Assembly: GCA_964573245.1 (NCBI GenBank)
Contig: CAZNJA010000021.1
Location: 1-21,454 of the forward strand
Reading direction: 5' to 3'
Origin: an uncultured bacterium
Lineage (GTDB): Bacteria; CAIJMQ01
Length of the DNA: 21,454 nucleotides
Shown here: positions 6,446-18,020 of the stretch, piece by piece
How positions within the stretch are numbered: position 1 is the stretch's first letter
Layout: each line of letters starts with the position of its first letter
Program-made: the position numbers and the translations under genes
Notes under the pieces: generated by a model
Seen by the model: the letters and a program-made list of their open reading frames with translations, nothing else
The model's database searches: none
What the model was told of the DNA's origin: nothing

Positions 6446-6948
6446 TTTTTCTTCACCAAGGTTTTATTATATAACACAACCGAGCCGTTATCACTTGAAT
6501 CTTTCAGCATTTGGCTGACTGTTTTTTTAATAAGCGGATGTGAAAGACGCGGCGAAATTTCTTTTAACGGGATAAGGATAAATTTTCTTTTATGAAGTTG
6601 TGGATGCGGAACCACTAAGGTTTTACTTTTTAAAACTTTTTTATCATAAAAAAGAATGTCTATATCGATTGTGCGGGATCCCCACTTTTGGGTCGGCTTT
6701 CTGCCGATTTCTTTTTCTATGCGCTTGATTTCTTTCAGCAGTTCTTCGGGAAAGAGATTTGTTTTGCCTTTTATGACGAGGTTTAGGAAGCTAAGTTGCT
6801 CAGTTATGCCCCACGGCGAAGTTTCATATATGGAAGAAATTTTTATAATGTCAAACCCGATTTCTTTAAGAAGTTTTATTGCGGTTTGAATGTTTTTAAG
6901 GCGGTTTCCGATATTAGAACCTAACGAAAGATAAACGAATTCTATCAT
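6442..6948 (-). CDS. folK: 2-amino-4-hydroxy-6-hydroxymethyldihydropteridine diphosphokinase
   Basis: YLSLGSNIG, SSIYET, FLN, RTIDIDIL, PHP. Confidence 0.95.
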   Translation of the reverse strand: MIEFVYLSLGSNIGNRLKNIQTAIKLLKEIGFDIIKISSIYETSPWGITEQLSFLNLVIKGKTNLFPEELLKEIKRIEKEIGRKPTQKWGSRTIDIDILFYDKKVLKSKTLVVPHPQLHKRKFILIPLKEISPRLSHPLIKKTVSQMLKDSSDNGSVVLYNKTLVKKK

Positions 6949-6958
6949 GGCCGTATGT

Positions 6959-9900
6959 TTATCTTCCCAAATCCCTCAAAGTTTTGCGGGCTAACTGAAA
7001 GTCAGGATTAATCTTTAAAATTTTCTTCAATTCAAGTTTCGCATCTTGGTATCTCCCCGCATTAATGTATGCCACAGCCAAGCCGTATCGCGCTTCTACC
7101 CATTGAGGGTTTAGTTTTATTGCCATGTTCAATTCGTTTATAGCTTTATCGAGCATGCCGGTCTGAAAATACATTTTTGCAAGATTATAGTGGAAATTAG
7201 GATAGGCGGGACCTATCTTTATTGCTGTTTGTAAGAGGTCTATTGCCTCCTCAACTTTTCCCGTCTTGTAGTAAATATCCGCCAAATTGTAATAGGGAGC
7301 TAAATAAGTAGGTTCTATTTCTATTGCTTTTTGAAATGCCTCGATAGCAGCATTGTCATCTAAACCTTGGTATCTATAGACAACACCCAAATTGTTATGG
7401 GCCATTGCCAAATCAGGCTCTATTGCCAATGCTTGTTTTATTATGGTTATCGCCTGTTCATATTTCCCCAGTTCAAGATAAGCGCTTCCCATTTGGGAAA
7501 GGGCTTGCACGCATTGAGGGTCTATCTCCAGTATTTCCTTATAAATTTTTATCGCTTCTTCGTGTCTGCCTTCTTTTTGATAGAAACCTCCCTCGCCGAG
7601 ATATCTTTGTTTGCCTGCATCGAAAAGAAATTGAATGCTTTTGTCTTCAGGGTTGACGTTCAATGCCTTGCGATATTGCCGAAGCATATCTCCTATCCGA
7701 GACTCTTGAGTAAAAATTTGGCCTAAAATCTCATGTTCTTTCGATTCAAAATACGTCTTAAGTTTTTCCTTAATGTTATCAGTATCCTTACCTGTATTGA
7801 CCAAAAGAGGAAAGGCGCTCTGTCTGAATTCTTCCAGTTCTCTCATATTCAAGGGGATGGTAGCTACTCCCTTTTGCCCTTCCCATGCAAATTGGATGGG
7901 AGTATTATTATCGGTATTTATCGGTGAGTCTTTCGTGAAATCTACAGTAGCTTCTCCCATAATAAAACGGCTCAAAAAGGCGAAAGGGTCATCTAAGTGC
8001 AATACTTCTAAATCCTCTTTAATTGTTTTGTCCTCCAATTTTTTAGTAAATAAATCAAAATCAATCTCTAATTTTTCATTTGCTCCTAACATTAGGCTAT
8101 AACCTGTAGGGAGCCATAGGCTTGTATGGGGAAAAACCGATTGGAAGGTTTTTAGTATGATTTTATAGTCTCTCGGGACTAAAGAATGCAAAGGAAGCCA
8201 CTGACAGATTATCCCCCCCTCATTTAAGATTTTTTCACATGATTCGTAAAACTCTTTAGTATAAAGCATCCAACTGTCACTGCTCGCCGGATGAGTAGCG
8301 TCACAAATTATCACATCGTAACGGTTTTTAGTGGTCAGAAGATAATTTCGGGCATCTTCAATTATCAAGTTAACCTTTGGGTCGCTTAAAACATTCTGGT
8401 TTTCTTCAAGGAAATAGTTACTTGCCTTAACCATTTCAGGGGAAATTTCTACAGCATCTATTTGCTCAAGGTCGTGCGTGGCCACTGCTCCGGTGGTGAT
8501 ACCGCCCCCGAAACATATTACTAATGCCTTTTGCGGATTTTTGTGCAACAAGTTAGGCAAATGTCCCAACATATGGAAAGTTTGTAAAGAAGCATAATCC
8601 GTGGGCACTTCCTCAATATTGTTAAGCTTCAATATTTTTATACTATCGTTTTTTTCTACTACTGTTACAGTGGCATAAGCGCCCTCTTTATAATAAAGCA
8701 ACTTTTCGCCAGGTTGTAAGGAATAGAAATTAATATTATGATAAATACTGGCAATAACCGCCAAAAAAATTAAAACGATAGATAATATGCCGTATTTACT
8801 CTTTCGAGATGCGGATGGGTGGGCGATAATTATTATTCCTCCAAGGGTAATGTTAATAAAAGCAATTAAAAAAATGCTCTTTTGCAATCCTATCATTGGA
8901 ATAAATATAAAACCGGCAATAAAAGAGCCGACTATGGCGCCAACGCTGTCCAAGCAACCAAGATTTCCTATGTATCGCCCAACGTTTTTTAAACTGCGAG
9001 CATAAATTCTACCGACCAAAGGAAACGTTGTTCCCATCAAAAATGAAGGAACAAGCATTACAAGAAAAGAATATATATAACTGAAAAAAATATAGTTGCC
9101 AACTGCTTGTTGCCTTGGAGCAAATATAAAATAAAATCTAAACCAGTCAAAAGAAAGCAAAGCCCCAAATAACAACAAAATTAATATCGCAGAAAGTCCA
9201 ATGCATATTTCTATAAAGCCCAGCAACGTTAATAAATTTTTCTTCTTATCCACAATCTTTGCCATCCAGAAGCTGCCCAAGGATAACCCGCTTATAAAAC
9301 TTGTTACAATAATTGAAAAATTGTATGTGGTATTATCTAAAAACAGAACAAGTATCCTCATCCAGAGCACCTCATAAGCCAAAGAAACGAACCCCTCTAT
9401 TGCGAAAACCCACAACACCAAATAAAGTATATGTTTAGGATATGGCGGGGTAGTCTCTAAAGAGAGCGTTTCGACCTCGGCAAGTGTCTCATTTTCTGCA
9501 TCTTTTCCGGTATCTACACTTTTGCTTACTGCCAAACTGATTGCCCCAATTAAAATATTTATAATCGCCGCAAGATATAGAGTTTGCCTAACTCCTATGG
9601 TTTTGATCAGAAGAAATCCCGCCAGAAGACAACCAATTACCGCCCCCAAATTGTTTACAGAGTAAAGACTGCCTATGTTCCATCCCAATTCTTTTAGCTT
9701 CTTGACAAAGAATTTACTAAGAACAGGCAGAGTGCCCCCCATAAGAGTAGTGGGAATAAGCAGCAAAAGGAATGCCAAGAGGAATCTAACGAGACTGAAA
9801 AGGTAGAAGCTGGCGTAGAGATATCTGTGAAGTAGAAGATAAAGCTCTGTTAAGCCGGAAAGAATAAACGGGAATAAAAGCGCAAATACGCCGATACTTA

Positions 9901-10165
9901 TTTGAAGGCAGGCAAACAGTTTGACCGGGTTTTTATGTCTGTCGGCGTATCTGCCAAAATATAAGCTGCCCAGCGCTAAGCCTGCCATAAACGCGCTTAG
10001 AACCGTGCTTGCCGCAAAAACAGTTATCCCAAATACCAGCCCGAACATGCGTACCCAGATTACTTGGTAAATTAATGCGCTGGCGCCCGAAAAAAAGAAG
10101 AGGATAAATAAGATTAATCGTGTGGTGTTATCAGTGGAGAGAATACTTTTCGCAGACTTCTTCAT
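6959..10165 (-). CDS. Fused multi-TM / spermidine-synthase-like SAM-binding protein with C-terminal TPR repeats
   Basis: FFFSGASALIYQVIW, many TM segments, LVICFGGGIT, VEISPEM, EDARNYL, YDVIICD, YTKEFY, QWLP, then TPR-like repeats. Confidence 0.88.
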   Translation of the reverse strand: MKKSAKSILSTDNTTRLILFILFFFSGASALIYQVIWVRMFGLVFGITVFAASTVLSAFMAGLALGSLYFGRYADRHKNPVKLFACLQISIGVFALLFPFILSGLTELYLLLHRYLYASFYLFSLVRFLLAFLLLLIPTTLMGGTLPVLSKFFVKKLKELGWNIGSLYSVNNLGAVIGCLLAGFLLIKTIGVRQTLYLAAIINILIGAISLAVSKSVDTGKDAENETLAEVETLSLETTPPYPKHILYLVLWVFAIEGFVSLAYEVLWMRILVLFLDNTTYNFSIIVTSFISGLSLGSFWMAKIVDKKKNLLTLLGFIEICIGLSAILILLLFGALLSFDWFRFYFIFAPRQQAVGNYIFFSYIYSFLVMLVPSFLMGTTFPLVGRIYARSLKNVGRYIGNLGCLDSVGAIVGSFIAGFIFIPMIGLQKSIFLIAFINITLGGIIIIAHPSASRKSKYGILSIVLIFLAVIASIYHNINFYSLQPGEKLLYYKEGAYATVTVVEKNDSIKILKLNNIEEVPTDYASLQTFHMLGHLPNLLHKNPQKALVICFGGGITTGAVATHDLEQIDAVEISPEMVKASNYFLEENQNVLSDPKVNLIIEDARNYLLTTKNRYDVIICDATHPASSDSWMLYTKEFYESCEKILNEGGIICQWLPLHSLVPRDYKIILKTFQSVFPHTSLWLPTGYSLMLGANEKLEIDFDLFTKKLEDKTIKEDLEVLHLDDPFAFLSRFIMGEATVDFTKDSPINTDNNTPIQFAWEGQKGVATIPLNMRELEEFRQSAFPLLVNTGKDTDNIKEKLKTYFESKEHEILGQIFTQESRIGDMLRQYRKALNVNPEDKSIQFLFDAGKQRYLGEGGFYQKEGRHEEAIKIYKEILEIDPQCVQALSQMGSAYLELGKYEQAITIIKQALAIEPDLAMAHNNLGVVYRYQGLDDNAAIEAFQKAIEIEPTYLAPYYNLADIYYKTGKVEEAIDLLQTAIKIGPAYPNFHYNLAKMYFQTGMLDKAINELNMAIKLNPQWVEARYGLAVAYINAGRYQDAKLELKKILKINPDFQLARKTLRDLGR

Positions 10166-10278
10166 AAGTAAATGAATTTTTCTTTACTTTTGTGCTACTG
10201 TTATGATTTTTCAACAGAGCTACTACAACATACTATTTTTGCTCACCATTTCTCGAGAGTGAGGACGTTTTGATAATT

Positions 10279-10584
10279 CTATTCAAAACTATTAGTAGTC
10301 TCTTGCGGCACAGCTGTTTCTTCTTGGGTTATGATTTTTTCAAGAATAGATGACGGTTTTACCGTTTTTGTGGATAAGGACAGATACAGCGAAGTAATTA
10401 AAAACAAAACAGCAAGCCCTGCGGTAATTTTTGCCATCGGCCCTCCCGAAGAAGGCGTAAACATACCGCTGCTACCGCCTCCAAAGATGTTTGCAAGCCC
10501 TGCGCCTTTACCTGCTTGGAGCAGAACTATGGCTATCAGCCCCAAAGACGTAACGATATGAATTATTGTTATAAATGTCATCAT
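10279..10584 (-). CDS. secG: Preprotein translocase subunit SecG
   Basis: Two TM helices around VLLQAGKGAGLANIFGGG, plus KITA. Confidence 0.92.
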   Translation of the reverse strand: MMTFITIIHIVTSLGLIAIVLLQAGKGAGLANIFGGGSSGMFTPSSGGPMAKITAGLAVLFLITSLYLSLSTKTVKPSSILEKIITQEETAVPQETTNSFE

Positions 10585-10596
10585 AATTTTATTCCT

Positions 10597-11784
10597 TTAC
10601 TCCGGACGGACAGGTATAGCTGTTATGCCCGGAAGTTCTTTCCCTTCCAAAAATTCTAGTGACGCCCCGCCGCCGGTTGATATATGGGAGAATTTTTCTT
10701 TTAGATTAAATTTCTCCACGGCGCTTACGGAATCCCCGCCGCCTACAATGGATACGGCGTCTGATTGGGCAATGCTTTTGGCAACTTCTTTTGTGCCGTT
10801 AGAGAATTTTCCCATTTCAAATATTCCCATCGGTCCGTTCCATACGATTGTTTTGGCTTCTTTTATTAAATTTTGCGCTAAAGCAATGGTTTTTTCCCCG
10901 ATATCAACACCTTTCCATCCGTCAGGTATTGTAGCGTCAGAAGTTTGTTTTGTTTCGGCGTCTTCTTTAATTTCTTGCGCTATTATATGGTCGATGGGTA
11001 AAACGAGTTTAATTCCCTTTTCTTTAATTTTTTCCAAGATTTTTTCTGCCTCATCTTTTTTGTCTTCTTCTACAAGAGAGGCGCCGACATCAACTCCCTG
11101 AACTTTCAAGAAAGTATATGCCATCGCTCCGCCGATAATAAGAGAATCGACTTTATCCAAAAGATTCGTTATTACGCCGATTTTGTCGGAAACCTTTGCG
11201 CCACCCAAAATAGTCAAAAACGGTCTTTCAGGCGATTCAAGCACCTTAGAAAAATATTCAATTTCTTTTTTCATGAGAAAACCCACGCCTGAAGAAAGAT
11301 ATGAAGCGATGCCGTAGGTTGAAGCGTGAGCGCGATGAGATGTTCCGAAAGCGTCGTTTATGTAAATATCAGCTAAAGACGCAAGCTGTTCGGAAAAAGT
11401 ATCATCGTTTTCTTCTTCTTCGGAATGGAACCTGACGTTTTCAAGCAAAAGCACTTCACCTTCTTTTAAGTTATTGACCACTGTTTTTACTTCATCGCCT
11501 ACGCAGTCTGACGTTGTTTTTACGGGTTTCTTTAGAAGAGAAGAGAGCCGCTCAGCAACGGGTTTCATCCGCAACTTTTCAACTACTTTGCCGTCGGGTC
11601 TGCCTAAATGAGAGGCAAGAATCAATTTACTTCCTTTATCGAGCGCATATTTTATTGTAGGCAGGGCCGCCTTGATTCTTGTGTCGTCTGCAACTTTGCC
11701 GTCTTTGAGCGGGACATTAAAATCAACACGCATAAAGACTTTTTTGCCTTTAAGGTCAAAGTCTTCTATTGTTACTTTTCTCAT
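10597..11784 (-). CDS. pgk: Phosphoglycerate kinase
   Basis: [55 protein letters not shown]. Confidence 0.98.
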   Translation of the reverse strand: MRKVTIEDFDLKGKKVFMRVDFNVPLKDGKVADDTRIKAALPTIKYALDKGSKLILASHLGRPDGKVVEKLRMKPVAERLSSLLKKPVKTTSDCVGDEVKTVVNNLKEGEVLLLENVRFHSEEEENDDTFSEQLASLADIYINDAFGTSHRAHASTYGIASYLSSGVGFLMKKEIEYFSKVLESPERPFLTILGGAKVSDKIGVITNLLDKVDSLIIGGAMAYTFLKVQGVDVGASLVEEDKKDEAEKILEKIKEKGIKLVLPIDHIIAQEIKEDAETKQTSDATIPDGWKGVDIGEKTIALAQNLIKEAKTIVWNGPMGIFEMGKFSNGTKEVAKSIAQSDAVSIVGGGDSVSAVEKFNLKEKFSHISTGGGASLEFLEGKELPGITAIPVRPE

Positions 11785-11809
11785 CGCTTATCTGCCTTTT
11801 TTATTTTCA

Positions 11810-12933
<1,124 letters not shown>

Positions 12934-12982
12934 TTAAAAACCGAACAAATTCTTAATTTTTTATTCCTTCATTAAAGCGCGT

Positions 12983-13011
12983 ATTATAAAAACCGTTTCG
13001 AAATATGTCAA
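12983..13011 (-). promoter_or_regulatory. Consensus sigma70 promoter of the gap-pgk-secG operon
   Basis: TTGACA (13011-13006), 17-nt spacer, TATAAT (12988-12983). Confidence 0.85.
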
Positions 13012-13038
13012 ATCGGCAAGTTTATGGTTTTTCAGTAT

Positions 13039-14127
13039 TTATTTTTCCACAAAGATATTTACGGGAATTTCCATGCGCGGTTTGCTGGGGTTGTTGGTGT
13101 AGATGACGATAAACCCTTCTATTTTTCCCGTCGGGACATTATCTTTCAAAGAAGCTATGATGTCGTATTCTTTGTTCTCGATTTTAGGGCTTACCTTTAT
13201 TGAAATAAATTCGTCCATATAATTTTCTATTTTTTCTATTTTTAACGGCTCGCTGCCTGTGGTTTGGATATTTATTTTTTGCGCTGGAGTTTCTCCTTGT
13301 TTTACCGAGCCGAAAAAAAATAATGGCGGGAAAAAAAGTATTGAAGGCTCGGAGAGCGAAGGGTTTTCTTGTGAACTGAATCTGATATTGCCGACAACAG
13401 GAACTTCTGTCTTAGAATAGTTTTCATCGTTGGTGTAAATAGTCATCGTTTCGTTTATTAAGCCGACAGGCATATCGGGTGTAACGGCAACTTCGACTTC
13501 AAATTTCTTAGTATATTCGTTGGGCGGCTTTTGCTCAATTTCCCTCGTTTGCACAGTAAGATACTCCGAAGAGGATTTTGCTCTTAGAATTTGTAAATCT
13601 TTGTTGCCTCCTTTGCTAATATAGATTTTTCTGTTTTCCTGAACACCTTTTTTCAAAGTCTCAAAATCTATCTTTGAAGGAACAACAAAAAGCGCGGTTT
13701 CGACAACTCCTTCAATTTTGAGTTGTATTGGCGGCGCATTGGAATCAATATAGATGTTTTTACTAACGAACCCTCTGTAACCTGCTGTATTAAGCGAAGC
13801 TCTTATTTCTCCCTCGCCGCCGGAGGCTATCGTTTTTTCAGAGATAACCACCGCGGTGCAACCGCAAGGCGCAAACACGCTTTCTACAACAAGTTTGCTT
13901 TGCCCTATGTTGCGAAATTTGAAAGTATGCTCTATTTTTTCTCCTTCTTTCGCGCGACCAAAATCAAAAATACGTTCCGTAAATTCGACATTGGTCTTTT
14001 CCAGTGCGACAGGGGGAGAAGAAGGGACCTTATTTTTTAGAATCGATAAAAAAAGAATAACCGTAATAATCGCAAGCGTTACTGCCGAAATTATTAATAC
14101 AGTTGGATTTTTTTCGTCTTTAGCCAT
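13039..14127 (-). CDS. Membrane-anchored DUF1573 (Ig-like) domain protein
   Basis: N-terminal TM segment, FDFG...F.F.N.G...PCGCT...GEI motif, then two further Ig-like repeats. Confidence 0.8.
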   Translation of the reverse strand: MAKDEKNPTVLIISAVTLAIITVILFLSILKNKVPSSPPVALEKTNVEFTERIFDFGRAKEGEKIEHTFKFRNIGQSKLVVESVFAPCGCTAVVISEKTIASGGEGEIRASLNTAGYRGFVSKNIYIDSNAPPIQLKIEGVVETALFVVPSKIDFETLKKGVQENRKIYISKGGNKDLQILRAKSSSEYLTVQTREIEQKPPNEYTKKFEVEVAVTPDMPVGLINETMTIYTNDENYSKTEVPVVGNIRFSSQENPSLSEPSILFFPPLFFFGSVKQGETPAQKINIQTTGSEPLKIEKIENYMDEFISIKVSPKIENKEYDIIASLKDNVPTGKIEGFIVIYTNNPSKPRMEIPVNIFVEK

Positions 14128-14214
14128 GGAATTTCTAATAATTAAAATTTGGTTCTAGGAACTGTGTAATTTAATTATACTATAAAACTTTGACAAATTT
14201 TTTACATCAATTCT

Positions 14215-14242
14215 TTGACAAAATTGGAAAACACAGTATAAT
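14215..14242 (+). promoter_or_regulatory. sigma70 promoter of the rrf2-cysK cluster
   Basis: TTGACA (14215-14220), 16-nt spacer, TATAAT (14237-14242). A TCATC...GATGA dyad at 14242-14259 could be an operator. Confidence 0.75.
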
Positions 14243-14286
14243 CATCACTAAAACGATGACAATAATAGTATTTTAAGGACAGGAAC

Positions 14287-14733
14287 ATGAAACTTTCCAC
14301 AAAAGGACGTTATGCAGCAAGGGCTATGTTAGATTTGGCGCTTCATAACGAAAAGAAAATTGTATTATTAAAAGATATAGCAAGAAGACAGGAAATCTCT
14401 GAAAGATATCTCGAAAATATAATGAGAATTCTTGCATCTAATGGTTTGGTAGTGAGTGTTCGGGGGAGGAACGGCGGGTTCAGTTTGACAAGAGAGCCCT
14501 GCGATATAAAACTAAGTCAGATAATTCAGGCAGTTGAAGGTTCGGTGTCGCCCGTGTGTTGCGTAGATAATCCGAAATCGTGTAAAAGAATGCCCATTTG
14601 TGTTACTTATGCTATCTGGGGGAAACTAAAAAAAGCTACCTTTGATATGCTTGATTCAATAACTTTAGAAGACATGGTAAAGATGCAGAAAGAAAAACTA
14701 AAAGGAAAAGAATTAGGAATGTATTATATTTGA
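14287..14733 (+). CDS. Rrf2-family transcriptional regulator (IscR/CymR-like) with a Cys cluster
   Basis: MKLSTKGRYA, ISERYLE, SVRGRNGGF, CCVDNPKSCKRMPIC. Confidence 0.92.
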   Translation: MKLSTKGRYAARAMLDLALHNEKKIVLLKDIARRQEISERYLENIMRILASNGLVVSVRGRNGGFSLTREPCDIKLSQIIQAVEGSVSPVCCVDNPKSCKRMPICVTYAIWGKLKKATFDMLDSITLEDMVKMQKEKLKGKELGMYYI

Positions 14734-14763
14734 TAGCCCCGATGTTCTTCGGGACAGGGAGGG

Positions 14764-15699
14764 ATGAAGATGGTAAAGATTGCCGATGATATAACCAAAC
14801 TGGTTGGTAATACACCTTTAGTGCGACTAAATAAGATAGTAAAAGACATAGATGCGCAAATAGTTGCAAAACTTGAATTTTTCAATCCCTGCGGCTCGAT
14901 TAAAGACCGTATCGGTATAAGCATGATTGAGGCGGCGGAGAAAAAGGGATTATTAAAGGAAAATCCTGTTGTTGTGGAACCTACCTCGGGCAATACGGGT
15001 ATCGCATTGGCATTTGTCTGCGCTGTTAAGGAATATAAGTTAATTTTGACTATGCCGGATACAATGAGTAAAGAAAGGAGAAACGTGCTTAAGGCTTTAG
15101 GTGCAGAACTCGTTCTTACTCCGGGTGCCGAGGGGATGAAGGGCGCGATAAAAAAAGCGGAAGAGATAGTTAAAAAAAACAAAAAAGCTTTTATGCTCCA
15201 ACAGTTTGAAAATCCTGCCAACCCCGAAACCCATCGCAAGACAACCGCTTTGGAAATCTGGAATGATACAGACGGTAAAGTTGATGTTCTTGTTGCGGGA
15301 GTTGGGACCGGGGGCACGATTACGGGAATTGCCGAAGTGTTAAAAAAGAAAAAACCGTCATTTAAAGCTGTTGCCGTTGAACCGGCAAATTCACCGGTTC
15401 TATCGGGAGGAAAAGCGGGCCCACATAAAATTCAGGGGATTGGAGCAGGTTTTATTCCTGATGTTTTAAATAAAGATATTATAGACGAAACAATACAGGT
15501 CACCGATAAGGAAGCGGTATCTACTGCTATGCTTCTTGCCAGAAAAGAAGGGATATTCGCAGGCCTTTCCTCCGGAGCTGCCGTGTCTGCGACATTAGAA
15601 ATCGGTAAAAGGAAAGAAAACAAGGGGAAATTGATTGTCGTTATATTGCCTGATTTGGGCGACCGTTATTTATTTGAACCTAACGAAGCGGACATTTAA
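14764..15699 (+). CDS. cysK: Cysteine synthase A
   Basis: [43 protein letters not shown]. Confidence 0.95.
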   Translation: MKMVKIADDITKLVGNTPLVRLNKIVKDIDAQIVAKLEFFNPCGSIKDRIGISMIEAAEKKGLLKENPVVVEPTSGNTGIALAFVCAVKEYKLILTMPDTMSKERRNVLKALGAELVLTPGAEGMKGAIKKAEEIVKKNKKAFMLQQFENPANPETHRKTTALEIWNDTDGKVDVLVAGVGTGGTITGIAEVLKKKKPSFKAVAVEPANSPVLSGGKAGPHKIQGIGAGFIPDVLNKDIIDETIQVTDKEAVSTAMLLARKEGIFAGLSSGAAVSATLEIGKRKENKGKLIVVILPDLGDRYLFEPNEADI

Positions 15700-15702
15700 A
15701 AC

Positions 15703-16674
15703 ATGAAGATAAAAGCAATCGCTCTAATTTCAGGTGGGTTGGACAGTGTTTTAGCCGCGAAGATTATATCCAAACAGGCAATTGAAGTTATTGGCGTAAG
15801 TTTTTTAACTCCGTTTTGCGGAAATAATTTTGAGAAAAACATTAACTCTTTGTCTAAGGAATTACATATAGACATGAGGTTGGTGGATATCTCTAAAGAT
15901 TTTTTGCAAATGTTGGCGTCCCCGCGTTACGGCTACGGCAAAAATTTGAATCCTTGTATAGATTGTCGGATACTGGAATTGAAAAAGGCGCATCAATTAA
16001 TGAAGGAATTAAAAGCGGGTTTTATTATTACGGGTGAGGTCTTGGGGCAACGTCCAATGAGCCAAAATAGAAACGCGATGGAACTTATAGAAAAGAAAAG
16101 CGGAGTCGAGGGTTTACTTGTTAGGCCTCTTTGCGGCAAGCTATTTGCTCCTACTATTGCCGAAAAAGAGGGGTGGATAGATAGAAATGGACTTTTGGAC
16201 ATAAACGGCCGCTCGAGAAAAAGACAATATGAATTGGCAGGCAAATACAAAATTTCCGGGTATGGCGCACCGGCAGGCGGTTGCCTTCTTACCGACCCGG
16301 GTTTTAGTTTGATAGTAAGGGATCTCCTTCAATCTGATATGCTTGATATCGGCTCCATAAATTTAAGTAAAACCGGTAGATACTTTAGTATTACCGATTC
16401 TTTTAAATTAGTGGTTGGCAGAGACCAAGAGGACAACCTAAAACTTTTGGAACTTGCCAAGAAAGAGGATGTAATCCTTGAACCGCAATCAAAGGGTCCG
16501 GTTGCAATAGGTAAGGGAAAGAGAGAAAATGAAAACCTTCAAGTAGCATGTCGGATAGTTGCTTATTATTGTAAAAAAACAGACGTAGATGTAAAGGTTT
16601 CTTATGACGGGAAAGAAAAAACAATAAATTGTGCTGGAATTGGTAAATTGGAATTGTCAAATTATAGAGTTTGA
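15703..16674 (+). CDS. ThiI/MnmA-like PP-loop tRNA sulfurtransferase-family protein
   Basis: SGGLDS PP-loop, NPCIDCR, TGEVLGQRPMSQ, RPL, PAGGCLLT. No N-terminal THUMP domain. Confidence 0.85.
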   Translation: MKIKAIALISGGLDSVLAAKIISKQAIEVIGVSFLTPFCGNNFEKNINSLSKELHIDMRLVDISKDFLQMLASPRYGYGKNLNPCIDCRILELKKAHQLMKELKAGFIITGEVLGQRPMSQNRNAMELIEKKSGVEGLLVRPLCGKLFAPTIAEKEGWIDRNGLLDINGRSRKRQYELAGKYKISGYGAPAGGCLLTDPGFSLIVRDLLQSDMLDIGSINLSKTGRYFSITDSFKLVVGRDQEDNLKLLELAKKEDVILEPQSKGPVAIGKGKRENENLQVACRIVAYYCKKTDVDVKVSYDGKEKTINCAGIGKLELSNYRV

Positions 16675-16676
16675 AA

Positions 16677-17765
16677 ATGAACCCCGTTAGAAAACCTACG
16701 AGGAGCTTGTTTGGGTTTTTCAAAGTAAGGAGCAAAAAAATGTCTAAGATGTGTAATGCAGGGGGAGGAAAATTTTCTAACGGGGTGAATAACATTGTTC
16801 GAAAAATAAATGATTTAAAAAAGAAAAGAAATGCTGTAATACTGGTTCATAATTATCAATTGCCAGAGGTTCAGAACATCGCGGACTTCTTAGGTGATTC
16901 TTTAGGGTTGAGCCAGAAAGCAGCGGAAACAGATGCGGAAGTAATCGTGTTCTGCGGCGTGCATTTTATGGCGGAGACGGCATCAATCCTCTGTCCCGAT
17001 AAGATTGTGCTCATACCCGAACTAGCTGCCGGCTGCCCGATGGCGAATATGATTGATGCCGAAGAGGTGCGTAATTTAAAGAAAAAACATCCCGATGCCA
17101 CTGTTGTTGCTTATGTAAACACAACCGCCGAGGTGAAAGCGGAGAGTGATGTCTGCTGTACTTCGGCAAATGCCGTTAAAATAGTTGATTCTTTGCCTGC
17201 TAAAAAAATCATTTTTATTCCTGATAAATATTTAGGACAATATGCTGCAAGTCAGATTAATCCCGTTAGAAATAAATCGCCAGAGGCGATTGCCTCCGAT
17301 GGGTATCGGAGAATTTCTAACGGGACAAGCAAAGAAATAATATTCTTTGAAGGGTACTGCCCTATTCATGTCAAGATTTTGTCGGAAGATATCTTAAGGG
17401 CAAAAAAAGAACATCCTTCTGCCGAAATACTTGTTCATCCCGAATGCACTCCGGATGTAATTGCTATGGCAGACAAAGTGTTTTCAACAACCGGTATGCT
17501 TAACTATGTTAAAAAGACCAAAAGCGAAGAAATAATCATCGGGACTGAAGTAGGAATCGTTTACAGGTTGCAAAAGGAGAATCCGGATAAAAGTTTTTAT
17601 CCCGCTTTCAAACATGCAATTTGCGAAGATATGAAGAAGAACAATTTAGAAAAAGTGCTCTGGTCATTGGAAGAAATGAAATATGAAATAAAAGTGGATG
17701 AACAAATAAGGTGGAAAGCAAAAAAGGCAATTGAGAAAATGTTAGAGTATAGTAGAACAGATTAA
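16677..17765 (+). CDS. nadA: Quinolinate synthase NadA with two in-frame palindromic inserts; start uncertain (16677, 16740 or 16785)
   Basis: HNYQ, GDS, FCGVHFMAE, AGCPMA, YVNT, CCTSANA, PDKYLG, CPIH, HPEC, GTE, CEDMK. Confidence 0.95.
   Translation: MNPVRKPTRSLFGFFKVRSKKMSKMCNAGGGKFSNGVNNIVRKINDLKKKRNAVILVHNYQLPEVQNIADFLGDSLGLSQKAAETDAEVIVFCGVHFMAETASILCPDKIVLIPELAAGCPMANMIDAEEVRNLKKKHPDATVVAYVNTTAEVKAESDVCCTSANAVKIVDSLPAKKIIFIPDKYLGQYAASQINPVRNKSPEAIASDGYRRISNGTSKEIIFFEGYCPIHVKILSEDILRAKKEHPSAEILVHPECTPDVIAMADKVFSTTGMLNYVKKTKSEEIIIGTEVGIVYRLQKENPDKSFYPAFKHAICEDMKKNNLEKVLWSLEEMKYEIKVDEQIRWKAKKAIEKMLEYSRTD
16682..16785. mobile_element. Family A element (104 nt) inserted at nadA codon 2 with a perfect TGAA duplication
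   Basis: Perfect 14-bp inverted repeat ACCCCGTTAGAAAA / TTTTCTAACGGGGT. TGAA at 16678-16681 and 16786-16789. Confidence 0.9.
17261..17325. mobile_element. Family A element, in frame inside nadA
   Basis: Perfect 13-bp inverted repeat TCCCGTTAGAAAT / ATTTCTAACGGGA, plus two perfect 7-bp internal hairpins. Adds about 23 aa. Confidence 0.9.
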
Positions 17766-17787
17766 ACTACAAGAAAGGAGAAATAAA

Positions 17788-18009
17788 ATGAGGGAAAAAG
17801 TGGAAAAAGCCTTAAGTAAAATACGCCCGGCATTACAGGCAGACGGAGGGGATGTAGAGTTGGTTGAAGTTACCGAAGACGGAATTGTCAAGGTCAAACT
17901 TACAGGCGCCTGCGGAGACTGCCCTATGGCTCAAATGACTTTAAAAGGCGGTATCGAAAGAGTTTTAAAAGAAGAGGTTCCGAATATAAAGAGAGTGGAA
18001 TCGGTATAA
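17788..18009 (+). CDS. NifU C-terminal / Nfu-type Fe-S carrier protein
   Basis: IRPALQADGGDVELV, LTGACGDCP, TLKGGIE; AAGGAG ribosome-binding site. Confidence 0.93.
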   Translation: MREKVEKALSKIRPALQADGGDVELVEVTEDGIVKVKLTGACGDCPMAQMTLKGGIERVLKEEVPNIKRVESV

Positions 18010-18020
18010 TAAAAAGTCAA

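Noticed and set aside
10795-10810. CCGTTAGAGAATTTT in pgk resembling a family A terminus (KFSNGT)
   Set aside because: No partner inverted repeat and no length excess; it fits the ordinary Pgk FE..F..GT segment.
14738-14753. CCCGA-TGTTCT-TCGGG mini-hairpin between rrf2 and cysK
   Set aside because: Only a 5-bp stem with no clear second copy; too weak to call an element.
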